Made by a program: the position numbers and the translations under genes. A stretch of 20,000 nucleotides of DNA from Chiloscyllium plagiosum (Eukaryota). The stretch is taken from NCBI RefSeq assembly GCF_004010195.1, contig NC_057719.1, positions 53,894,756 to 53,914,755 on the forward strand, written 5' to 3'. The notes below the pieces were generated by a model. It saw nothing but the letters and a program-made list of their open reading frames with translations. It did no database searches and was not told where the DNA came from. Of the stretch, positions 11,790 through 19,521 are shown piece after piece; position 1 is the stretch's first letter; the number at the start of each line of letters is the position of its first letter.

Positions 11790-12401
11790 AAGGTGGGAGG
11801 AGGGGAAATGAGGAAACTGGTGAAGTCCACATTGATGCCCTGGGATTGAAGTGTTCCGAGGCGGAAGGTGAGGCGTCCTTCTTCCAGACGTCAGGTAGTG
11901 AGGGAGTGGCGGTGGAGAAGGCACAGGATTTGCATGTCCTCGGCAGAGTGGGGGGTGGGTTGAAAAGATGGACCACGGGGTGGTGGGATTGATTGGTGCA
12001 GGTGTCCTGGAGATGTTCCCTAAAGCACTCTGCGAGGAGGCATCCAGTCTCCCCAATGTAAAGGAGACTGCATCAGGAGCAACGGATACAATAAATGATG
12101 GATGTGCAGGTGAAACTTTGATGGATGTGGAAGGCTCCTTTGGGGCCTTAGATGGAGGTGTGGGTGCAGGTTTTGCAATTCCTGCAGTGGCAGGGGAGGC
12201 TGCCAGGAAGGGAGGGTGGGTTGTTGGGGGGCGTGGACCTGACCGGGTAGTCATGGAGGGAACAGGCTTTGTGGAAACGAGTGGGGAGGGAAATATATCT
12301 CTGGTGGTGGTGTCCGCTTGGAGGTGGCGGAAATGTCGGCGGATGATGCGATTAATGCAAAGGTTAGTAGGGTGAAAAGTGAGGACCAGTGGGGGTTCTG
12401 T
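11790..12401 (-). pseudogene. Inverted PLE thumb/GIY-YIG remnant
   Basis: ORF 11601..12599(-) PLVLTFHPTNLCINRIIRRHFRHLQADTTTRDIFPSP mirrors PLVLTFYPTNLHVNRIIQRHFRYLQIDPTTRDIFPSP of the forward copy. Confidence 0.88.
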
Positions 12402-15190
12402 CATCTCAAACATCAAAAATTGTAAGTACAACAAACTTTTATACACCCACCTCCATAACCAGCACTCAAACATTCCATAAGATTCTCCCAGACTCTGGAA
12501 CTGCTCAGACGCAATTAGCCATGTGGCTGGTACAGCCACCATCCCATGATGATCGATGACATCACTTCCGCCTCCATCATGGCCACTTCTGCCCCGCACG
12601 ATTCCTCATGCACCATACGTGACATCACTTCCGCCCCCCACGTCATCACTGACATCATGCGTTCAGCGATTTCCTCCCCATCTACTGCTGTGTTCACCAC
12701 CAGCTCTGCCTCCACCAATGCCACTCACCTACGTTCTGCTGACAGGAACACCTCCTCTTCTCATAACTCCACCCCTACCACCACACCCACTCCAGTTGCA
12801 GGCTCCACCCTCACTCCCAGCTCCACACCCACACCGGGTCCCAGCTCCCAGCCCTGCCGAGTTTTCACCATCCCTCCAAACCTTCCCCTCACTGAGGATG
12901 AAAGATCAGTCCTCAGCAAAGGCCTTACCTCCATTCACGCATCAATGAATTTAATGTGCATTGTGACATCGAACACTTCTTCCGCCAACTCCGCCTCTGA
13001 GCTTACTTTTACAATCAGGACTCCCGCCCATCTTCAAGGACCCCTTTGCCCACCTCCAACACACTGCATCCACTTGGACACCCCGCGCTGGCCTATTAAC
13101 TGCCCTCGATCTCTTCATTTCCAACTGCTGCCGAGACATTAACTGTCTCAAACTGTCTACCTCCCTCCCCCACTCCAACCTCTCACCCTCACAACGTGCA
13201 GCCCTCCACTCCATCTGCTCTAATCCCAACTTCACCAAGCCAGCAGATAAAGGGGGTGCAGTGGTAGTTTGGCGCACTGACCTCTACACCGCTGAAGCCA
13301 GACGCCAACTTGAAGACACCTCCTCCTACCGCCCCCTCGAACATGACCCCATCCTCCATCACTAAATCATCATCTCCCAGACCATACAGAACCTCATCAG
13401 CTCAGGAGATCTCCCAACCGCAGCTTCCAACCTCCAATTCCAGGAACCCCGCACTACCCGATTCTATCTCCTTCCCAAGATCCACAAGTTTGACCAGCCT
13501 GGCTGAACCATTGTCTCAGCATGATCCTGCCCCACCGAACTCCTCTCCACCTACCTCGATACTGTCCTATCCCCCATAGACCAGAAACTCCCCACATATG
13601 TTTGAGACACCACCCATGCCCTCCACCTCCTCCAAGACTTCAGTTTCCCTGGCCCCAATGCCTCATCTTCACCATGGACATCCAATCCCTCTACACCTCC
13701 ATCCGCCATGACCAGGGCCTCCAAGCCCTCCGTTTCCTCCTCCCGCAACCTCCCCAACAGTACCCTTCCACTGACACTCTCATTCGTTTGGCTGAGCTTG
13801 TCCTCATCCTTTGACAATTTCTCCTTTGAATCCTTCCACTTCCTCCAGATCAAAGGGGTAGCCATGGGCACCCATGTGGGCCCCAGCTATGCCTGTCTCT
13901 TTGTTGGCTACATAGAACAGTCCATCTTCCGTAGTTACACTGGCACCACTCCCCACTACTTCCTCCACTACATTGATGACTACATCGGCGCCACCTCGTG
14001 CTCCCGCGAGGAGTTTGAACAGTTCATCAACTTCAACACATTCCACCCTGACCTTAAGTTCACCTGGACCATCTCTGACACCTCTCTCCCCTTCCTGGAC
14101 CTCTCCATCTCAATAAATGACAACCGACTTGACACTGACATTTTTTACAAACCAACCGACTCCCACAGCTACCTGGATTACATCTCTTCCCACACTACCT
14201 CCTGCAAAAATGCCGTCCTGTATTCCCAATTCCTCCATCTCTGCCGTATCTGCTTCCAGGAGGACCAGTTCCACCATAGAACACCCCAGATGGCCTCCTT
14301 CTTTAGAGATCGCAATTTCCCTTCCCACATGGTTAAAGATGCCCTCCAACACATCTCATCCACATCCCACACCTCTGCCCTCAAACCCCACCCCTCCAAA
14401 CGTTACAAGAACAGAACCCCCCTGGTCCTCACTTTCTACCCGACCAACCTTCACGTTAACCGCATCATCCAACGACATTTCCGCTACCTCCAAATAGACC
14501 CCACCACCAGGGATATATTTCCCTCCCCACCCATTTCTGCCTTCTGCAAAGACCGTTCCCTCTGTGGCTACCTGGTCAGGTCCATGCCCCCCTCAACACC
14601 CACCCTCCCAATCTGGCACCCTCTCCTGCCACTACAGGAATTGCAAAGCCTGCACCTCCTCCCTCACCTCTATCCAAGGCCCCAAAGGACCCTTCCACAT
14701 CCATCAAAGTTTCACCTGCACATCCACCAATATCATTTATTGTATCCGTTGCTCCCGATGCGGTCTCCTCTACATTGGGGAGACTGGACGCCTCCTCACA
14801 GAACTTCAGGGAACATCTCCGGGACACCCGCACCAATCAACCCCACCGTCCTGTGGCCCAACATTTCAACTCCCCCTCCCACTCTGCTGAGGATGTGCAG
14901 GTCCTGAGCCTCCTCCGCTGCTGCTCCCTCACCACCCGATGCCTGGAAGAAGAATGCCTCATTTCTGGATTAGTGGTGCTGGAAAAGCACGGCAATTCAG
15001 GCGGCATCCGAAGAGCAGTTCCTCGGATGCTGCCTGAACTGCTGTGCTTTTCCAGCACCACTAATCCAGAATCTGGTTTCCAGATCTGCAGTCATTGTTT
15101 TTACCTAGAAGAACGCCTCATCTTCCAGCTTGGAACACTTCAACTCTAGGGCATCAATATAGACTTCACCAGTTTCCTCATTTCCCCTCC
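12402..15190 (+). pseudogene. PLE polyprotein remnant: S/T/P-rich N-terminus, reverse transcriptase, GIY-YIG endonuclease
   Basis: LTEDERSVLSKGL, KPADKGGAVVVW, RFYLLPKIHK, FTMDIQSLYTSI, QIKGVAMGTHVGPSYACLFVG, YIDD, FLDL, KPTDSHSYLDY, NIIYCIRCSRCGLLYIGETGR. Several frameshifts and stops, and an insertion in the nuclease. Confidence 0.93.
14963..15106. mobile_element. 144-bp miniature fold-back PLE end nested in the GIY-YIG region
   Basis: Arms 14963-15012 and 15021-15071 are imperfect inverted repeats; 35-nt tail at 15072-15106. TSD AGAAGAAYGCCTCAT at 14948-14962 and 15107-15121. Absent from the inverted arm of the host PLE. Confidence 0.92.
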
Positions 15191-15404
15191 CCCCGCCTTA
15201 CCCCAATTCCATCCTTCCAGCTCAGTACTATCCTCATGACCTGTCCTACCTACCAATCTCCCTTCCCACCTATCCGCTCCACCCTCCTCTCTGACCTATA
15301 ACCTGCATCCCCACCCCCATTCACCTATTGTCCTCTTTGCTACCTTCTCCCCACTACCGCCCCCCCACCTCTAGCTTATCTCTCCACCCTGGGGGCTCCC
15401 TGCC

Positions 15405-15436
15405 TCTATTTCTGATGAAGGGACACGTTGATTTTC
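15405..15436 (+). ncRNA. Internally deleted hammerhead remnant
   Basis: CTATTTCTGATGAAGGG-ACACGTTGATTTT: CUGAUGA box kept; stem II and GAAA lost relative to 11570-11610. Confidence 0.65.
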
Positions 15437-15494
15437 CTGCTCCTCGGATGCTCCCTGACCTGCTGTGCTTTTCCAGCACCATTCTAATCTAAAC

Positions 15495-15932
15495 ATCTTT
15501 CTGATCCCATCTTGTTCGAGCAATGACATTTCAAGCAGGTGGTAATATTTAGGGTGATGGTTTTGCCATCAGGCCTTATATTTGTCTTTATTAAAGTCGG
15601 GTGTTTATTATGACCAGGCCAGTTTTATCAGGAGGATGACTCCATTGCTGTTAGACTTTCTTAAATCTTCCTGGCCAAGTAAGTCTTTCCAGAGGTTTGT
15701 ATTTGAGTTCTGACTTTGAAATTACCAAAGAGAATTCATTCATCACTCTGTGATATGGGAGAGTGACTGATCAGTGCTGGGGTAGACTTCCTCTTTGACC
15801 TCATCTATTGCTTCAAGGATTGGGTGAACACATTCATGACTGTGTCTGCTGCTTCTGGGCCATGTTGAATTGAAGAGTCATGAGGTATTCACTTATCGCA
15901 CAGGATGGCTCTGGGAGATGGTCAACCATTTT
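15495..15932 (-). mobile_element. Old RTE LINE, segment 2 (AP endonuclease core)
   Basis: Minus-strand pieces VDHLPEPSCAISEYLMTLQ, EAIDEVKEEVY, LFGNFKVR, KSNSNGVILL, LVIINT and KDKYKA*WQ..HPKYYHLL follow RTE endonuclease motif order (R.MTL, KEEFY, LGDFNAR, N.NG..LL, LVI.NT, W.HP..WHLLD). Confidence 0.75.
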
Positions 15933-16123
15933 ATTATTTTTTTTTTTTCTTTTTTTTTTCCTTTTTTTTTACCCCTCCACAGCCCGCTGCCTGGACCTGA
16001 TCTCCTGGTTATATATTACACATTCATGACTGTGTCTGCTGCTTCTGGGCCATGTTGAATTGAAGAGTCATGAGGTATTCACTTATCGCACAGGATGGCT
16101 CTGGGAGATGGTCAACCATTTTA
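15828..16123 (+). repeat. Perfect 106-bp direct repeat (15828-15933 and 16018-16123) around an 84-bp insert
   Basis: Both copies read ACACATTCATGACTG...GGTCAACCATTTTA; no mismatch seen by eye. Confidence 0.95.
15934..16017 (-). mobile_element. A-tailed Tx1 micro-fragment
   Basis: Minus strand AATATATAAC-CAGGAGAT-CAGGTCCAGGCAGCGGGCTGTGGAGGGGT-A-rich tail. The core translates RSRQRAVEG, recalled as lying just upstream of the RARVSLE end of Tx1 ORF2. Confidence 0.6.
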
Positions 16124-18466
16124 ATGAGCTTTCGCTCATTAATGTCAAGCCCAGGCGCCTGGCGGGCAGCATGGGCCAACCAGTAAACTTTTTCGAAAGA
16201 GCTCCAGCGGTGGAGCCCCAGTTGGGCTCTATCCTGGCGACCCAGAGTTTCCTCAACAAATTCCCGGAGTTCCTCGAGGGGGATGAGGGGGAGATCGGTG
16301 GCGGGCACCTGGGACCAGTTGGGCTCTATCCTGGCGACCCAGAGTTTCCTCAACAAATTCCCGGAGTTCCTCGAGGGGGATGAGGGGGGAGATCGGTGGG
16401 GGGGCACCTGGGACTCAAAAATGTCACTGCAGATGGAGTCCACGTCTTTCCCGGTGTCCGCCACAGATCCCGAACCCTCCTCCGGGAGGTCACCCTCGGT
16501 CACCGACCCCTCCCCCAGCAAAAGGATGGGGGCAGGTCCGGCGCCACCAACCGGCCTCAAACCCCCGGCGACCCCACCCCCAGGGTCACCAGCAGTACCT
16601 TCCTCGGCGCACCCCTTCCCAGAACGCCCCGAGTTCGGGTCCTTGGGCAGCAGAGGCTCGGGGCCCCGCTCCTCTCCCGACACCGGGACGCCTGGCTCCT
16701 CGGGGAAAAGGTCATTCCCCAGGAAAAGGTCATCCCCTAGGGCCAAGGCCCCCGGAAAAACAGTCTGGGAGGGAGGAGCAAGGATAACACCCTCTTCCCC
16801 TCCACCGCTCGATGACCCAGCAGAGGGTCCTCCGTCGTCACCCGCACCACAGCCCTCGTGGTTATTCAGGTCCTCTCCAGGGGCCGGAGGAGTCGAGGCA
16901 GCAGGAGGCCCTGCTATAGCCCCTGAGGGTTCTGGCAAGTCAGGCCGCGGTGCGGGACAGTCGAGGGGCACCATTGGTTCGTCCCCTGGAGAGGGGCAAC
17001 GCCACCAGCGCGCTGCTGGAAAGTCCATCCCCTCCAAGGGCCAGTGCCTCTTCCCCAGAAAGACCGGGGGGGATTTATGGGTCTTCGCCTCCCCGCCCGC
17101 CTCGGTGGTCATGGGGCCCGGGGTCCCTCCCCCCAGCCCTTCCAGGAATACGAATGGCTGGGGGAAGACAGGGGCGTGGCCAGGGTGGGGAGGGCCAGCT
17201 GTGTCACTTCCTGCCCCGCCCCCGGTTTATCAGGCGAGGGAGGGCGAGGGCGAGGGCGAGGGCGAGGGCCCGGGCCCAGGCCCAGTTCCCTCTCCGGGGC
17301 CCGGAGACACGGTCGCTGCAGGAGACGGAGCAGCGGTGGTTCCCCCCAGGTTAGTGCCAGGGCGTGGCTGGGTTGGGCAGGGCTCGGGCTTGGGCTCGGG
17401 CTCGGGGGCCCCCGGGCCAGGTGTCACGGTGCTAAAGCCCGAGGGGTTTCTCCATCGGGGTGGGGGGTGGATGTGGGGTCAGCGGGCTTAGGATCAGGTA
17501 CGGGTTCGGGAGTTTGGGGGTCGGGGTCCCGCGCTGGGGCGACGCTAGCACGGCCGCAGGGGCATTGTCGTGCCGGGGTGGGGCAGGTCGTGGGCGAGGT
17601 TCCGGGGAACGGGATAGGGTGGTCTCCCCGTGGGCTGGCTTGACGCGTCGTGTCTTCTTCTGCGCCTTCTGGCCAGCCGGATGCTCACCCCCCTCCCTGC
17701 AAGAGGCTGGAACATTGCAAGCCCCCGGCTTAGCCTCCGGTGCCGGGGCCTGTGGTGTTGGCTTCGGAGGAGGGGGAGTGGGTGTGGCGGCACCACCATC
17801 AGCTATCGGCGCGGGCTGGGCAGCCTTCTGGGTGGGGCAGTTTTTCCTTATGTGCCCCACCTCGTGGCACAGGTGGCACCGTCCGCCGTCCGCCGTCCAG
17901 AAGGCGCGGTAGGCCACGCCCTCGTGGAGGACGGTAAAATTGCCCTCGGTGACCTCCTCCCGGACCAGGCAAATGAAAAGCTGGCGTCGGAAGGAGTAGA
18001 TGTGTCGGAGGGCAGGGTCCAGCAGGAGCGGCTGGACCCCTGACCGGATCTCCCCCAAGGTGGTGAGGTGGGGGAGAAGGAGCTCGCTGGCAATGAAGGG
18101 CGGGACATTGGAGATCATGACCCTCTGGGCCGTAACCTCCAGAGGGTCGACGGACAGATGTGTCCCGCCCACAGTGAGCCCCCTCTCCACGGCCAGGTGG
18201 ACCGCCTGCTCGGTCTTCAGAAAAAAGACTGCCTTCCCGTACATCCGGGCCGGAGCGATGATGGCCAGTGGGCCGACCACACTAGCCATGGCCTTGCTGC
18301 AGGCCTCGATGGTCATGTTGGGGTGGGGATAGGCCTTTACCCCCAGGCGTTTGGTCAGGTGCCTGAAGGGGCTTACATTCGAGACTGGGGTGGTGACAGC
18401 CGAGCCTAAGGCAGCGGCTACCCCGGCGTAGTTGCGGCTGAGCCCGGTGACCTTCGGATTCGCCAT
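16120..18466 (-). pseudogene. Tx1 ORF1 nucleic-acid-binding protein (zinc knuckle plus Pro-rich tail), frameshifted and 3'-truncated
   Basis: ATG at 18466 (MANPKVTG...), CHLCHEVGHIRKNC, then low-complexity segments in ORFs 17230..17427 and 16024..17112, ending ...PGLDINERKLIK at the junction with target DNA. Confidence 0.85.
16218..16413 (+). repeat. Tandem duplication, 97 + 99 bp, inside Tx1 ORF1
   Basis: CCAGTTGGGCTCTATCC...GCACCTGGGA at 16218-16314 and 16315-16413; the copies differ only in and around G runs. Confidence 0.93.
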
Positions 18467-18489
18467 ATTCTGCCGCTGGGTATTATTGT

Positions 18490-19040
18490 GCCCTAGGCAG
18501 CGGTGGAGGTGGGCCCCTGGTAGCAGCAGTGGTGGAGGCTGTGGGGAGGGGCCCAAGGCGAGTCACCCAAAGTAAGTCCCAGGCAGCGACAGCGGAGACC
18601 TGTCTCAGGCAACAGCAGTGGTGGAAGCAGACCTCGGGCGAGTCCAAGGTAAGCCCTCGGTCGCAGTGGTGGGGCAGACCTGTTGGGGAGAGTCCCCGAG
18701 GCAAGTCCCAGGCAGTAATGGTGGAGATGGGCCCAAGGCGAGTCCCACGCAGCAGCAGTGGAGGCAGGCCTCTGGCAAGTCCTGGGAAGTTCCCTCGGTT
18801 GCAGTGGTGGGGGCAGACCTGTTGGGGAGGGTCCCCTAGGCAAGTCCCAGGCAGTCCCAAGGCGAATCCCAGGCAGCGGTGGCAGAGGCAGGCCTCAGAC
18901 AACAGCAGCAGCGGTGGAGGTCCCGCGAGGGGCCCCAAGGCAAGTCCCAGGCATCAGCGAGGCAGGCCCCAAGCAGCAACAGCCGAGGCAGGTCCGGGCA
19001 GGGCCCCAGAGACCAGCAGTGGCGAGGCCTAGGCTGCAGC
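18490..19040. repeat. Degenerate tandem repeats in Tx1 5' UTR
   Basis: AGGCRAGTCCCAGGCAG-like motif recurs about 7 times; a ~63-bp block at 18654 is repeated at 18792 (138-bp spacing). Confidence 0.8.
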
Positions 19041-19244
19041 TCCAAAAGCAGGAGCCAGACCAAAAAGGCTTCCACCTCCTGTCTCTGCCTTCTTTCTCCT
19101 TCTTCTTTCTCCCTTCCTACGTAAGGCAGTAGCACAGGGGCAGTGCCCCTTAGGGAGGAGAGTCCCAGCTCGCGCACACAGTCAGTCACTCACTCCCGCC
19201 GGCGCGCTGCTGGAAAGTCCCTCCCCTCCAAGGGCCGGTGCCTC

Positions 19245-19521
19245 ACCATTTTTTTTGTGTCAACTACAATCCTATGGAGTTAAATCAGAGGAAGAGCATT
19301 ACCATTCTAGAAGCACTTATAGCTATTGCCTTGTTCATGAGCTAAACATCTCCTGCTCTCACTAAATAGAATGATGACAAAGTCATAGAACTGTGGTTCC
19401 TTGGCAACGAGAGTAGTGTGACATTTAAATCAGCCATGCTGGTCTTCTTCATGAGGTTCTCAACTTCCCTGATGTCACATTTCATATTGAAGAGGTAGAA
19501 TGCCAGTGCATGGATCCTCTT
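19245..19521 (-). mobile_element. Old RTE LINE, segment 1 (start of AP endonuclease)
   Basis: Minus-strand MKCDIREVENLM, VAKEPQFYDFVIILFSESRR, EQGNSYKCF*NG and LHRIVVDTKKMV correspond to the WNVRTL...L.ETR...GY.FFW.G...GVG motifs and join MVDHLPE at 15930. Confidence 0.7.

Larger units (their letters stand above)
11474..15494. mobile_element. Fold-back Penelope-like element (family B): inverted 3' copy plus long forward copy, 12-bp TSD
   Basis: 11512-12401 is the diverged reverse complement of 14411-15494. The flanking direct repeat ATCTTTCTGATC lies at 11462-11473 and 15495-15506. An extra 38-nt tail occupies 11474-11511. Confidence 0.93.
16120..19197 (-). mobile_element. Tx1-clade non-LTR retrotransposon, 5' part only (5' UTR and ORF1; no ORF2)
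   Basis: Very GC- and CpG-rich. ORF1 has LTKRLGVK, RMYGKAVFFL, RVMISNVPPFI, LRHIYSFRRQ and a CCHC knuckle. Candidate TSD ACCATTTT at 15925-15932 and 19245-19252. Confidence 0.88.

Noticed and set aside
14963..15071. DNA-transposon MITE or pre-miRNA
   Set aside because: Arms are PLE 3'-end sequence with an asymmetric tail and a 15-bp TSD, which fits PLE retro-insertion.
16000..16017. AATATAT..CAGGAGAT as U2 snRNA-derived (Keno-type Tx1 target)
   Set aside because: Only two short words resemble U2, with wrong spacing; no continuous U2 sequence in the window.
18490..19040. CRISPR-like array
   Set aside because: Repeats are degenerate, intervening segments are related to each other, the context is a vertebrate retrotransposon, and no cas genes are present.
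16283..19132. Long plus-strand ORFs (e.g. 402 aa, 199 aa, 167 aa)
   Set aside because: Antisense shadows of GC-rich Tx1 ORF1 and 5' UTR repeats; low complexity and no domain motifs.
19348..19355. Another ATCTCCTG inside the RTE remnant as source of the cassette border
   Set aside because: No T tail or Tx1 fragment beside it and it lies within RTE coding sequence; most likely a chance match, though local templating cannot be fully excluded.
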